Shown here piece after piece: positions 1 to 10,389 of a DNA stretch of 64,000 bases. The stretch is from Rhodobacterales bacterium (GTDB lineage Bacteria > Pseudomonadota > Alphaproteobacteria > Rhodobacterales > CAZPXZ01): contig CBDCSI010000002.1 of the NCBI GenBank assembly GCA_965221505.1, forward strand, positions 225,575 through 289,574. Direction: 5' to 3'. Position numbers and translations under genes: made by a program. The notes under the pieces were generated by a model, which saw only the letters and a program-made list of their open reading frames with translations, was not told the DNA's origin and searched no databases. The first letter of the stretch is position 1, and every line of letters begins with the position of its first letter.

Positions 1-1083
1 CCGGGCACCGCCGCAGGTTTCCTTCGCGCGCTTTCGGATCGGGCGTCGCACTCCGCCGACTGCCGAATCGCCACGGTCTCCGGGCGCTACTTCGCCATGG
101 ACCGCGACCGCCGCTGGGACCGGACCGAGGCCGCCTGGCGGTGCGTCGCGCGCGGGGTGGGCGTCCGGGCCGGCGCTCCGGCCGAAGTCGCGGCGACGCT
201 GGACGAGCGCACGGAGAGCGAGGAGTTCCTGCCGCCCACCGTCCTCGACGGACATGACGGCATCCGGCCGAGGGACGGGTTCCTGTCGGCGAATTTTCGC
301 GTCGACCGAATGCGACAGCTGCTTGCCGCCGTCGCCCTGCCGGACTTCGACGCCTTCGACACCGGCGGGTTCGTTCCGCCCGGCGCCATGGCGGCTGCCA
401 CGCCGCTGTCGGAGGAACTCGACCGGCGCATCGAACCCCTCTTTCCGGCACAACGGGTGGAGGCGACGCTGGGTCGGCACCTCTCCCGCACCGGGCTGAC
501 GCAGCTTCGAATCGCGGAGACCGAAAAATACCCGCACGTCACCTACTTTCTGAACGGCGGCGTCGAGCCTCCGGATCCGGGAGAGGAGCGCTTTCTGGCC
601 CCGAGCCCCAAGGTCGCGACCTACGACCTCGCGCCGGAAATGTCCGCCCGCGCGGTCGCCGACCGGCTGATCGGCGCGGCGCTGGCGAGGGAATGCGACT
701 TCGTTGCGGCCAATTTCGCCAATCCCGACATGGTCGGCCATACCGGCGACCTCGACGCGGTCGTTCGGGCGGTCGAAACCGTCGACCGTGAGCTCGGCCG
801 GGTACTGGACGCGGTGCGCGAGGTCGGCGGCGTCGCCGTCGTCACCGCCGACCACGGCAACGCGGAACGGATGCTGGACCCCGACACGGGCCGCCCGCAC
901 ACCGCCCACACGACCAATCCCGTACCCTTCGCGCTCGTGGGGTACCCGGGGCCCGGGCCGGGCCTGGCGCGCGGCGGCCTCCGGGACGTCGCGCCGACCG
1001 TCCTGGAGCTCCTGGGCGTCGCCGCGCCGCCGCAGATGACCGGAAGGTCCCTGCTTGCCCGCCCGCACGAGCCTGCACCCTGA
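1..1083 (+). CDS. gpmI: 2,3-bisphosphoglycerate-independent phosphoglycerate mutase (5' end outside window)
   Basis: Frame 1 is open from base 1 (..IATVSGRYFAMDRDRRWDR..). ETEKYPHVTYFLNGG, FANPDMVGHTGD and VTADHGNAE are motifs of cofactor-independent PGM. Stop at 1083. Confidence 0.9.
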   Translation, partial: PGTAAGFLRALSDRASHSADCRIATVSGRYFAMDRDRRWDRTEAAWRCVARGVGVRAGAPAEVAATLDERTESEEFLPPTVLDGHDGIRPRDGFLSANFRVDRMRQLLAAVALPDFDAFDTGGFVPPGAMAAATPLSEELDRRIEPLFPAQRVEATLGRHLSRTGLTQLRIAETEKYPHVTYFLNGGVEPPDPGEERFLAPSPKVATYDLAPEMSARAVADRLIGAALARECDFVAANFANPDMVGHTGDLDAVVRAVETVDRELGRVLDAVREVGGVAVVTADHGNAERMLDPDTGRPHTAHTTNPVPFALVGYPGPGPGLARGGLRDVAPTVLELLGVAAPPQMTGRSLLARPHEPAP

Positions 1084-1132
1084 CGAAAGACCGGGTATCC
1101 TGCCCGCGAAACTCGGCAACGGAGTACACCGC

Positions 1133-2446
1133 ATGCGGAAGTCCCTGCTTCTGGCCGCGACCGCGTTGTTGGCGCTCGGCGCCGTCACCGCGTCCCAACC
1201 GCGCGCCGACGAAAACACCACGTACGAGTATCTCGACCTGTTCGGGGTCGTTTTCGAACGGATCCGCAGCGGATACGTGGAAGAGGTCGACGAGGCCGAA
1301 CTGATCAAGTCCGCCATCCACGGCATGGTCGTCTCTCTCGATCCGCACTCGGCCTTCCTCGAGCCGGAGAGTTTTCGCGACATGCAGGAACGCACCTCCG
1401 GCGCGTTCGGCGGGCTCGGAATCGAGATCACGCAGGAAGACGGCTGGGTCAAGGTGGTGTCTCCGATCGACGACACGCCTGCCGCAAGAGCCGGACTTCA
1501 GTCGGGAGACCTGATCACCGACGTCGACGGCGAATCGCTCTGGGGACTGACGCTGCAGGAAGCCGTCGGATTGATGCGCGGCGAGATCGACACCGAGGTG
1601 GTTCTCACCGTCGTACGCGAGGGAGAGGATCCGTTCGAGGTCACCATCGTACGGGCGGAGATCAAGATCACCGCAGTGCGGCATCGACTGATCAACGACG
1701 TAGGATATTTGCGCGTGTCCACCTTTTCGGAGCGCGTCGGCGACGACCTGGCCGCGGCGGTCGGCACCCTCGCCGAAGAGGCCGGCGACACGGAGATCCG
1801 GGGCTACGTGCTGGACCTTCGCAACAATCCGGGCGGACTCCTCGAGGAGGCGATTCGCGTCGCCGACGCGTTCCTCGAGCGCGGCGAGATCGTGACGGTC
1901 CGCGGACGCGATCCGGAGGACATCACGCGCTACGCGGCGACGGAAGGGGACGTTACGGAGGGGCAGCCGCTCACCGTCCTGATCAACGCCGGATCGGCGT
2001 CGGCTTCCGAAATTGTCGCCGGCGCGCTCCGCGACCACAACCGCGCGATCATGATCGGTACGCAGAGCTTCGGAAAGGGTTCGGTGCAAAACGTCCAGCC
2101 GCTCCAGCCGCGGGGCGCCCTTCGCCTCACCATCGCCCGCTATTTCACGCCGTCCGGCCAGTCCATCCAGGGTCTCGGGATCGAGCCGCACATCTACCTG
2201 CCCTTCGTGCCGGCTCCGGCCGAGGCCGACGGCGACGCGCCCGAGCCCGACGCACGGTCGGTGGAGAACCGGCTCCGCGGCAGCCTCGAGGGAGAAGGAA
2301 GCGAGGAAGAGCGCCGACAGATGGAGGAAGAGGCCGAACGGCGCGCCCGGGAGGCCGACGAACTTCGCCGCAGCGACAACCAGCTCGCCTATGCGGTGGA
2401 CCTGATTCGCGGCATCAGCATGCGCGAGCGGCGGCCGAGCCTGTGA
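1133..2446 (+). CDS. ctpA: carboxy-terminal processing peptidase, S41 family
   Basis: ATG 1133 gives the signal-like N-terminus MRKSLLLAATALLALGAVTA. A PDZ segment is followed by the S41 catalytic region NAGSASASEIVAGAL ... SFGKGSVQ. The upstream ATG at 1055 adds only low-complexity residues. Confidence 0.9.
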   Translation: MRKSLLLAATALLALGAVTASQPRADENTTYEYLDLFGVVFERIRSGYVEEVDEAELIKSAIHGMVVSLDPHSAFLEPESFRDMQERTSGAFGGLGIEITQEDGWVKVVSPIDDTPAARAGLQSGDLITDVDGESLWGLTLQEAVGLMRGEIDTEVVLTVVREGEDPFEVTIVRAEIKITAVRHRLINDVGYLRVSTFSERVGDDLAAAVGTLAEEAGDTEIRGYVLDLRNNPGGLLEEAIRVADAFLERGEIVTVRGRDPEDITRYAATEGDVTEGQPLTVLINAGSASASEIVAGALRDHNRAIMIGTQSFGKGSVQNVQPLQPRGALRLTIARYFTPSGQSIQGLGIEPHIYLPFVPAPAEADGDAPEPDARSVENRLRGSLEGEGSEEERRQMEEEAERRAREADELRRSDNQLAYAVDLIRGISMRERRPSL

Positions 2447-3021
2447 CCCTGCCGCTGCGCCCCTGCGTCGGCATCGCTCTCGTCAACCGGGACGGGTTCC
2501 TGTTCGCCGGCCAGCGTCACGACAACCTCGCCGACGCATGGCAGATGCCGCAGGGCGGAATCGACCCCGGCGAGAGCCCGTACGACGCGGCGATTCGCGA
2601 GTTGCGGGAGGAGACCGGAGTTCGTCCTCGCGACGCCCAATTCCTGGCGGAGTCGGGCGCGTGGCTGGACTACGACCTGCCGCCCGAATTGCTGGGCCGG
2701 ATCTGGAACGGGCGGTATCGGGGCCAGACGCAGCGCTGGTTCCTGTTCCGCCTGCTCGCCGGCGACGACGCCATCGACATCGACACGCACGAGACGCGGG
2801 AGTTCCGAAGCTGGGACTGGCTCCCTCCGAGCGTTCTCCTGAACAAGGTCGTCCCCTTCAAGCGGCACGTCTATCGGCACGTCTTCGACGAGTTCGCGCC
2901 TTGGCTCGGCCAGTCCGCTTCGCCTGTCGGCGCCGCGCCGACGCCGGCTTCGGCCTTCGCGCGCCCGCAGACGGACCGTGATCCCGAGAGCGCGCCGCGG
3001 CGCGTCGTCGAGACCGATTGA
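2443..3021 (+). CDS. rppH: RNA pyrophosphohydrolase (Nudix)
   Basis: WQMPQGG and the Nudix box GGIDPGESPYDAAIRELREETG are present. The GTG start overlaps the ctpA stop (GTGA). Confidence 0.9.
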   Translation: MTLPLRPCVGIALVNRDGFLFAGQRHDNLADAWQMPQGGIDPGESPYDAAIRELREETGVRPRDAQFLAESGAWLDYDLPPELLGRIWNGRYRGQTQRWFLFRLLAGDDAIDIDTHETREFRSWDWLPPSVLLNKVVPFKRHVYRHVFDEFAPWLGQSASPVGAAPTPASAFARPQTDRDPESAPRRVVETD

Positions 3022-3028
3022 GCGGCGG

Positions 3029-3976
3029 CTACGGCACGGCTTCTGCGGCGAGGAACCGGTCCGCGTCCAGCGCCGCCATGCACCCCATTCCGGCTGCGGT
3101 GACGGCCTGGCGGTAGACGTGATCCGCCACGTCGCCGGCGGCGAAGACACCGGGAACCGAGGTCGCCGTCGAACCCCTTTCCGTGATCACGTATCCGGCG
3201 TCGTCCATCTCCAGCAAGCCGCGCACGAGCCCGGTCGCGGGCGTGTGGCCGATCGCGACGAAGACGCCGGCGACCGCGAGCTCCCGCGCGCTCTCGTCGC
3301 GCGCGTGCCGAAGCCGGACGCCGCATACGCCGAGCGGAGTGTCCTGGCCCAGGATCTCCTCGACCACATGGTCCCATACGACTTCGATCTTCGGGTGAGC
3401 CAGCAACCGGTCCTGAAGAATCCGCTCGGCCCGAAGCGCGTCGCGCCGATGCACCAGGGTCACCCGGGTCGCGAAATTTGTGAGGAACAGCGCCTCCTCT
3501 ACCGCGGTGTTGCCGCCGCCGACGACCGCCACTTCCTGTCCCCGGAAGAAGAACCCGTCGCATGTCGCACAGGCGGACACGCCGAATCCCTTGAACCGTT
3601 CCTCGCTCGGCAGGCCCAACCAGCGCGCCTGGGCGCCGGTCGCGAGGATCAGCGAGTCGCACCGCCATTCGCCGCCGCCGTCGCACCGGATTCGAAAGGG
3701 ACGCGCGGATAGATCCGCCTCGACCGCCGCGTCCTGGACGAACCGGGTTCCCATCGCGATCGCGTGATCGCGCATCTGCGTCATCAGGTCGGGACCCTGG
3801 ACGCTCGCGAATCCGGGATAATTCTCCACGTCGGTGGTGATCGTCAGCTGGCCGCCGGGTTGCAACCCTTCCAGCACGCAAGGCTCCCGCATCGCCCGCG
3901 CGGCATAGACGGCCGCGGCGCAGCCGGCAGGGCCGGATCCCAGGATCAGCACCGGCGTGTGGCCGTGGATTTCCAT
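3029..3976 (-). CDS. trxB: thioredoxin-disulfide reductase
   Basis: Dinucleotide folds ILGSGPAGCAAAVYAAR and VVGGGNTAVEEALFL, plus the redox-active CATCDG. Confidence 0.95.
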   Translation of the reverse strand: MEIHGHTPVLILGSGPAGCAAAVYAARAMREPCVLEGLQPGGQLTITTDVENYPGFASVQGPDLMTQMRDHAIAMGTRFVQDAAVEADLSARPFRIRCDGGGEWRCDSLILATGAQARWLGLPSEERFKGFGVSACATCDGFFFRGQEVAVVGGGNTAVEEALFLTNFATRVTLVHRRDALRAERILQDRLLAHPKIEVVWDHVVEEILGQDTPLGVCGVRLRHARDESARELAVAGVFVAIGHTPATGLVRGLLEMDDAGYVITERGSTATSVPGVFAAGDVADHVYRQAVTAAGMGCMAALDADRFLAAEAVP

Positions 3977-4049
3977 GTCTCCCCCGTTTCGATCGGAACG
4001 GCGCGCGGCGCCGAGTACGCGACGGCCGATGCGGCCGGCGCAAGGCTCC

Positions 4050-5201
4050 TCACCGGCAGAGCAGCCGAATCTCCCGGCCGCAGATCGGCTCGGGACCGTC
4101 TTCCGTGGTGACCGACGTTCGACCGAGGCACATCGCGGCGCCGGAATCGCTGTCCATCAGAATCATGTGCAGGAACAGGACCATTCCGGGTTCGACCGGC
4201 TCCGGGTTGCCCTCGTAGAACATGAAACTGTCCATCCAGCTCGGCGCGTAGCGCGCCCCGAGCGAATAGCCGCAGGCGTTCAGCCGGTGGTCGCCGAGAC
4301 CGGCTTCGTCCAGCGTCTCGGCATGCGCCCGGTAGACGTCTCCGAAGCTGCGCCCGGCGACGAGCCGCTCCTCGCACCGCAACAGGGCCTCGCGCGCCGC
4401 GGCGAACATCGTCCGGTGCGCGTCGCGCGGCGTTCCGATGACGACGGTCGCCATTCGTGCCGCGTGATAGAGGCGCCATGTCCCGGCCCATTCCAGAGTC
4501 AGCTGGTCCTCTGCGTCCAGGTTGCGCCGACCGGAGTAGTAGCGGCAAAGCAGCGCACCCTCCCCGGATCCGACGATGAACGGGTTCGCGGGGTAGTCGC
4601 CGCCGGCCGCCAGAATCGTCCCCTGCATCGCGGCCAACGCTTCCGCCTCGGATCCGCCCGCGCGGATATGGACCCACGCCGCATCCAGGGCCGCATCGGC
4701 GAGCGCGCCGGCCTTCCGCGCGCAGGCGATCTCGGCCTCGCTCTTTTTCAGGCGAAGCCGCGGGACCAGCAGCGTCCGATCGACGAGTTCGACGACGCCG
4801 TCCAGCTCCCTCTCGACCGCCCTCCCAGCCCGCAGGGTGAGTCCGTGGGTGTCGGTCTCGATTCCGAGGCGGCAATTGCGGAGTCCGGCCCCTTCCAGGA
4901 CGGCGCGCAATTCCGCTGCCGGGTTCGCGTCCGCGGCGTCTTTCCAGATTCGGACGTCCCGAATGTCGGAGGTGAACCGGGCCTGGCGAAGGTCCGGTGC
5001 GCGAGTCAGAAGGACGGGGTCTCCGTCGAGCGGCACGACCAGGCACTGAAAGAAGCAGAATCCGAAGGTGTCGTATCCGGTCAGCCAGAACATGCTCTCC
5101 TGGGCAAAGAGCAACATTCCGTCCAGACCGTCCCTCTTCATCGAATCCCGTAGCCGCGCCGCGCGCGCCGCATACTCTTCCGCCGCAAACTGGGTGGGCA
5201 T
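4050..5201 (-). CDS. M24-family Xaa-Pro peptidase / creatinase-like hydrolase
   Basis: The N-terminus MPTQFAAEEYAARAARLRDSMKRDGLDGMLLF is typical of the creatinase/prolidase N-domain, and a pita-bread-type C-domain follows. I moved the start to ATG 5201 because the 89 upstream codons of the tracked ORF are Arg/Ser-rich and look non-coding. Confidence 0.8.
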   Translation of the reverse strand: MPTQFAAEEYAARAARLRDSMKRDGLDGMLLFAQESMFWLTGYDTFGFCFFQCLVVPLDGDPVLLTRAPDLRQARFTSDIRDVRIWKDAADANPAAELRAVLEGAGLRNCRLGIETDTHGLTLRAGRAVERELDGVVELVDRTLLVPRLRLKKSEAEIACARKAGALADAALDAAWVHIRAGGSEAEALAAMQGTILAAGGDYPANPFIVGSGEGALLCRYYSGRRNLDAEDQLTLEWAGTWRLYHAARMATVVIGTPRDAHRTMFAAAREALLRCEERLVAGRSFGDVYRAHAETLDEAGLGDHRLNACGYSLGARYAPSWMDSFMFYEGNPEPVEPGMVLFLHMILMDSDSGAAMCLGRTSVTTEDGPEPICGREIRLLCR

Positions 5202-5535
5202 CGTCTCGATCCTCCGACTGGCAGTCCCTCGACCCCGGAACGCAGACTTGGACGAGCGCGGCTCGAGCCGGGTATCCGCGTTCGAAGTGTTCGGTTCGGC
5301 CGTGCGGTCTTCGTCGCTTCGAACCGTGCGGGGCGACGCTGACCCGGTCGTAGCAGGGCGCCCGTCGCGGGTGCGCAGAATTCCGTTCGGCGCAATTCGC
5401 GGAACGGGAATCCCGTCTCCGAACTGCGCCGCGCCGACGTGCGCCGCCACGGGTGCCGACAGCTTCAATGACCGCTCCGGACGCCGGGATCCTCAAGCCG
5501 GTACGGGAGCCGGGCTGAGAGGTCGCAATGACGGA

Positions 5536-6531
5536 TCAGTGAGCCGGGGAACGGCCGTTGCCGGACCAGTGCCGAAACAGTCTCTCGGCCCGCGCCGGGA
5601 CAAGCAGTTCGGCCGCCCACTCGTCCAACTGCTCGGGAGTCGCCGCCTTCACCTGGGATACGACCGCCGCCGGAAGTTCCCCGAAGCGGCCCTTCAGCAT
5701 GACGAGCATCATCCGAACGCGACCCTCTACCCGGCCCTCTTCCCGGCCCTGGTCAATCTTCCGGCTCAAGCTCTCGTAAACGCTCTCCATGATCTCCACT
5801 CCTCGGCGTGACTTCGCACGTCTGATCCCTTCGACCAGCGTCGCGAAACTGGCGGGCAGCCGGATGATATACGCCAACGCCATTTCTTCCAACTGGCTCC
5901 CGGACGGGAACGGTTCCAGGAGTCGTGCGATTTCCTCGACCGTCACGGACTTCCGATACGCGCAAGTCGACATCGAGAGACCGGCCCGAAGCACGGGATC
6001 CTCCGCCATCTTGCGCTCGCTCATCCGGTAGAGGTCGCAGAGGTAGTACCGGTGTCGTGTGGACCGAAGCCTGGCGATCGCACCCTTGGCCGGGTTCATG
6101 TTCTCGCGGTTCAGCTTGGCCGTCCAATTTCTCCTGCCGTGATACGCTATTAAGACGATGATCGGCAGATCCTCCGGCAGGCCGCACTCTTTCATGCCGT
6201 GCGCCGTCAGGGCCTCGTACACGTACGTCCGCCGCGCCATGGTCAGATCCACCGTGGACCGGTGTTCGAGGATCACGACGAGATGGGAAGGACCGACCCC
6301 GTCCTTCAGTTTGAGGAGGAACATGTGATCGGAATCGCGTTCGCCCAGGACGGGGGTCAAATGCCCTGTGGGCAGCCGTTCCGGCAGCGAGTCGGCCAGC
6401 TGTGCCACGACGCCGGCAGGCAGGTGTCGACGAAGGAAGTCGTCGGCGCGCTCGGGATTCCGGATGAGCGCCGCAAACCATGCCTGATGGGATACGCGAG
6501 CGTCGATTCGCAGGGAGATTTTCTCGGGCAA
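5536..6531 (-). CDS. Rpn (YhgA-like, PD-(D/E)XK) recombination-promoting nuclease family protein
   Basis: DDFLRRHLP, DSDHMF, VVILEHRSTVD and IAYHGRRNW are present. The C-terminal helical tail EEGRVEGRVRMMLVMLKGRFGELP..EQLDEW is typical of the Transposase_31/Rpn family. Paralogue of the gene at 19823-20857. Confidence 0.8.
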   Translation of the reverse strand: MPEKISLRIDARVSHQAWFAALIRNPERADDFLRRHLPAGVVAQLADSLPERLPTGHLTPVLGERDSDHMFLLKLKDGVGPSHLVVILEHRSTVDLTMARRTYVYEALTAHGMKECGLPEDLPIIVLIAYHGRRNWTAKLNRENMNPAKGAIARLRSTRHRYYLCDLYRMSERKMAEDPVLRAGLSMSTCAYRKSVTVEEIARLLEPFPSGSQLEEMALAYIIRLPASFATLVEGIRRAKSRRGVEIMESVYESLSRKIDQGREEGRVEGRVRMMLVMLKGRFGELPAAVVSQVKAATPEQLDEWAAELLVPARAERLFRHWSGNGRSPAH

Positions 6532-7570
6532 GGAGGCGATCCTCTCGGTCGGGTCGATCCGCTGGCGCGGCAGGTCTTGGGAGCAGAGACCCGCCGCCGA
6601 GGGGTACGATCACGTCAATTTCGCAAGTATTGCGGGTCGTGACGGAGAATCGGCCGGGGACGGAGTCGACGGTCTCACGCGCGAGGGAACGTGCGGGTCT
6701 CGACGGACATGCCACCCGTGCCGAACCAGGCAGTTTCGGGAAGTCTCCGTCCTTTCCGCAGTTCCTGGGGCATCTCCGTCCCCGCCCGCACGCACCGGCG
6801 AGCGAATCGATCGCTGCTATGGGGAATGCGGGGAGGCCCCCGATTCCTCTACGGAGGAATCAAGAGGAAGAGAAGCGGAAGTCCGCGTCTTGCCCGGCTG
6901 CCGGGCAGGATGGCAGATGGCGGCGGCAACCGACACGCGAGACGAATCGCGAGACGATCGATGCCATGACGCTCCTCCTCCATGCGCCGCTCCGCAAGCG
7001 GAGCGGACGTCTGATACCGCCCGGGCTTGGGGGACCCGCTCTTGGCAGGCGCTTCCCGCTATCGCATCGCAAGAAGCTTCGACAAGCCTGCCGTGCGACG
7101 TCCTTCCACGTTCCGAGCGGCCATCCGGCGACAGGCGGAAACGATATGCGCCGTACCCGATTCGCGCAAGCCTTCGCTCCCGCAACGCCGGGACGATGCG
7201 GGCGCGCCCCTCCGGAACAGGCGCCCGCGCCGGCGCTCGCAGTGGCGCAGGTTGCGGCAGCGGAGCGCTTTTCGCGGGGTATGACCGCATCACGCTCGCA
7301 TCCGCCGGAAAGCGCATCCGAATTCGGGCGCCGAGTCTCGAGGTCTTGCCGGCGGCCCCGACCCGTCAACGGCGAAGCCCCAGGGCGACGACGGTACGGC
7401 GACGACGGACAGCACGGGCGGTTCAGGCCGAACGAAGCATGACGTTGCCGTGTCGGGTGGCGTCGACTCCTTCCCGCAGATCGCACGAAACGCTGAAGAG
7501 TAAGGAGTCGCGTGGCCTACGGAGTCCGATCCGGAGTCGCTGCGCGTCGCACGTCAACCAGATTGGAGCG

Positions 7571-8350
7571 CTAGGTCAGGGCGATCGCCGAGAGCAACAA
7601 CCCGAACCCCGGCTCGCCCCTGTGGCGAGCGCGACGGCAACTGAAAAACCGCGTTTCGTCCGCGTACGTGCAAAGCCGCAGGTCCTCCACGCAGCCCACG
7701 CCGACGGCGGCGAGTCTGCAGACGACATACCCGGGCAGGTCGAACCGAACGGGCTCACCGCCCGTGCCGCCCCGGAATTGCGCCGCGCTCGTCGGATCCT
7801 CGGCAAGAAACCGCTCTCGAAACTCCGGCCCTACCTCATAGTGGGATGCCGTTACGGTCGGTCCGACGGCGGCGACGATCCGCGGCGCATGCGCGCCGGC
7901 AGTTTCCATCGCGCGCACCGCGGATTCGAGGATACCGCCGAGCGCTCCCCGCCAACCCGCATGCGCAGCGGCCACGACCCCGGCGAACGGTTCGGCCAGA
8001 AGCACCGGCGCACAGTCCGCGGTCGTCACAGCGACGGCAATGCCGGGCGAACGGGACACGACCGCGTCCGCCTCTCTCCGGCCCGGGTCTTCGTTCCGAC
8101 GGTCCACCTTGACCGCGATCGCGCCATGGGTCTGGCGCACGGTCCGGATCCGTTCCGCCGGAAGACCCAGCGCGGCAGCCGCCCGAGCACGGTTCTCCCG
8201 GACGTTCTCCGCCGAGTCCAGCCCCGAACCGGTTCCGCAGTTCAGGCTCGCGAGAATCCCCGGCGAAACGCCGCCCGCGCGAGTGAAGAATCCGTGCCGA
8301 ATCCCCGAGAGCCCATCCAGAACCGGACTGCGAATCGGTCGTACGCTCAC
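7571..8350 (-). CDS. pgeF: peptidoglycan editing factor PgeF (YfiH/DUF152, laccase-domain protein)
   Basis: IRHGFFTRAGGVS, RQTHG, TADCAPVLL, AAAHAGWRG and CTYADETRFFSCRR motifs. GTG 8350 overlaps the upstream stop (GTGA); ATG 8389 is the alternative start. The tracked 563-aa ORF is a read-through artefact. Confidence 0.85.
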   Translation of the reverse strand: MSVRPIRSPVLDGLSGIRHGFFTRAGGVSPGILASLNCGTGSGLDSAENVRENRARAAAALGLPAERIRTVRQTHGAIAVKVDRRNEDPGRREADAVVSRSPGIAVAVTTADCAPVLLAEPFAGVVAAAHAGWRGALGGILESAVRAMETAGAHAPRIVAAVGPTVTASHYEVGPEFRERFLAEDPTSAAQFRGGTGGEPVRFDLPGYVVCRLAAVGVGCVEDLRLCTYADETRFFSCRRARHRGEPGFGLLLSAIALT

Positions 8351-9477
8351 GATGGCCGCCCGAGGTCGAATCCGGCCGGCTCCGGCCATTCGCGTGCGCG
8401 GATCGCCAACACCCGAAACAGCCGGCCCATTCCGTCGTTGCCGACCAGCCGTTCCAGGGCGGCTTCGATCGCCTCCCGGACGCGTCGCGGCTTGCCGCGC
8501 GACAGCGACGCCGCGCGCAGTCGGGCGCCGATACTCTCCAGAAACTGCCCTTGCGAAGTCACCGGTCCGACCGACACGCCTTCCTCTCCGGCGGCTCGCG
8601 CCAACGCCGAAAAATTCACATGCGCGCTCAGATCCGCCTCCCCGACCGCGTCCAGGACAGGGGCGAACCGGTGGGCGCGCACCGCCTGCAGGGTATCGCC
8701 TCCCAGAGCTCCGGCGAGTTCCGGCTCCTCGTAACCGTAATCTACGAAGAGGCCCGCGCCGCCCGATTCCGCCACGCGACGGGCGATTCGCCGGACCGTG
8801 GCGTCCGTCTCGTCGGACCATTCCGCCACCCGACCCTCCGGCGCATCCGAGAGCGACGACGACAGCGGCGCCGGCAGTTCGACCGGGGCCCCGGCAACCC
8901 AGGTCAGGCGTTCCGCATCGTCCATTCCCACCCGGCGCTCGCGCCAGGAGTCCGGCATGCGGACGAATTGCCGGATCGGCATGGCGTCCAGGAACTCGTT
9001 CGCAATCCAGAACGCAGGCCCCGACGGAACCTCCTCCAACGACGACGCCCAGCGAATCCCGTCCTGCCCCAGCAGTTCTCGCTGACGGGCGGCAAGCGTC
9101 CGGTTCGTCTCGACCAGCGCCGGCCGGAGCGCCTCCCGGAACCCGGCGACTGCCCGTGCGCTGCGCAACACGTCGGACATCAGCGTTCCCCGTCCGGGAC
9201 CGAGTTCCACGATTTGCATGGGGCGCGGCCGACCGGCGCGCTGCCAGCAATCCGCGATCCACATGCAGATCAGCTCGCCGAACATCTGGCTGATCTCTGG
9301 TGCGGTGACGAAGTCTCCCCCGACGCCGATCGCATCGCTCCGCCGGTAATAGCCGTGTTCGGGATCCTGCAGGGCCAGCCGCATGAAGGCGTCGACGCCG
9401 ACCGGGCCGGTCCGGCGTATCGTCTCCCGGAGCTTTCGGTCCAGCGGCGTCCCGCAGCCGTTAGAGCGCACGGTCAT
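8347..9477 (-). CDS. class I SAM-dependent methyltransferase, NDUFAF7/MidA (DUF185) family
   Basis: GDFVTAPEISQMFGE and ELGPGRGTLMSDVL motifs. ATG 9477 overlaps the lgt stop (ATGA). The tracked 1075-aa ORF extends artefactually through antisense sequence of upstream genes. Confidence 0.85.
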   Translation of the reverse strand: MTVRSNGCGTPLDRKLRETIRRTGPVGVDAFMRLALQDPEHGYYRRSDAIGVGGDFVTAPEISQMFGELICMWIADCWQRAGRPRPMQIVELGPGRGTLMSDVLRSARAVAGFREALRPALVETNRTLAARQRELLGQDGIRWASSLEEVPSGPAFWIANEFLDAMPIRQFVRMPDSWRERRVGMDDAERLTWVAGAPVELPAPLSSSLSDAPEGRVAEWSDETDATVRRIARRVAESGGAGLFVDYGYEEPELAGALGGDTLQAVRAHRFAPVLDAVGEADLSAHVNFSALARAAGEEGVSVGPVTSQGQFLESIGARLRAASLSRGKPRRVREAIEAALERLVGNDGMGRLFRVLAIRAREWPEPAGFDLGRPS

Positions 9478-10313
9478 GCGCCGGCGGCCTGCCGCATCGA
9501 CCGAGCGATCATCCAGGCTCCGATCAACACCATCGGGAAGGAGAGCAACATACCCATGGTGATCCCGCCGCTTCCCAGCGGCAACAGGAAGCCGAGCCCG
9601 GCGTCCGGCTCGCGAAACGGCTCGACCGATATCCGGGCGCATCCGTAACCCAGCGCGAACGCTCCCGCGAGCAAGCCGGGACGACGCAGGGATCCACCGA
9701 AGCGGGCGAGCGCGTTCAGGACGAGCAGGAGCAGAAGACCTTCCAGCGCGGCCTCGTAGAGCTGGCTTGGGTGGCGGGCGACGCCCCCGGCCGCGGGCGC
9801 GGGAAAGACCATCGCCCAGGGAGCGTCGCTCTCCCGGCCCCAGAGTTCCCCGTTGACGAAGTTGGCTGTCCGGCCCAGGAAGATGCCCAGCGGCGCGACG
9901 CACGCGACGGCGTCCGCGACCGAGAGCGGCGACGCGCCCCTCGATCGCGCGAACAGCCAGGCAGCCAGGACCGCGCCCAGAAGGCCGCCGTGAAACGACA
10001 TTCCGCCGCGCCACAGCATGAACGCCGACAGGGGGTCCGCGAGGGTCTCGAGCGGCGCATAGAAAGCGACGAAGCCGAGCCGGCCGCCGACGACCACGCC
10101 GACGCAGATCCAGGCCATCAGGTCCCAGACCGCCTGCGGAGCGAACGGCGGCGTCTGACCGGGCCACAACCGCCGGTTTGCGACCAGCCGTCCGGCAAGG
10201 ATCGCGCCGCCGACCAGTCCGGCGATATAGGCGAGGGAATACCACCGCACCGCCAGCGGGCCGAATTCCACCGCCACGGGGTCGACGACCGGAAAGGGAA
10301 TCGCGAGCGGCAT
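9474..10313 (-). CDS. lgt: prolipoprotein diacylglyceryl transferase
   Basis: Polytopic membrane protein with the Lgt signatures WYSLAYIAG, MSFHGG, GRTANFVNGELWG and HPSQLYEA. Confidence 0.95.
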   Translation of the reverse strand: MPLAIPFPVVDPVAVEFGPLAVRWYSLAYIAGLVGGAILAGRLVANRRLWPGQTPPFAPQAVWDLMAWICVGVVVGGRLGFVAFYAPLETLADPLSAFMLWRGGMSFHGGLLGAVLAAWLFARSRGASPLSVADAVACVAPLGIFLGRTANFVNGELWGRESDAPWAMVFPAPAAGGVARHPSQLYEAALEGLLLLLVLNALARFGGSLRRPGLLAGAFALGYGCARISVEPFREPDAGLGFLLPLGSGGITMGMLLSFPMVLIGAWMIARSMRQAAGA

Positions 10314-10389
10314 CGGGCGGCCCTGTGAAACGCACGGGAGAACCTATAAGGTAGTCCCGTACGCGGCGAGCGAAAGGGACGCCTGACCC

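Noticed and set aside
5536-6531. Rpn genes (also 19823-20857), considered as IS-element transposases because of the historical 'Transposase_31' name
   Set aside because: I found no terminal inverted repeats or target-site duplications around either copy. The family is now regarded as PD-(D/E)XK nucleases rather than autonomous transposases.
6891-6907. Hairpin tgcccgg-ctg-ccgggca, considered as an intrinsic terminator
   Set aside because: There is no U-tract on either strand, and it is not positioned at the 3' end of any supported gene.
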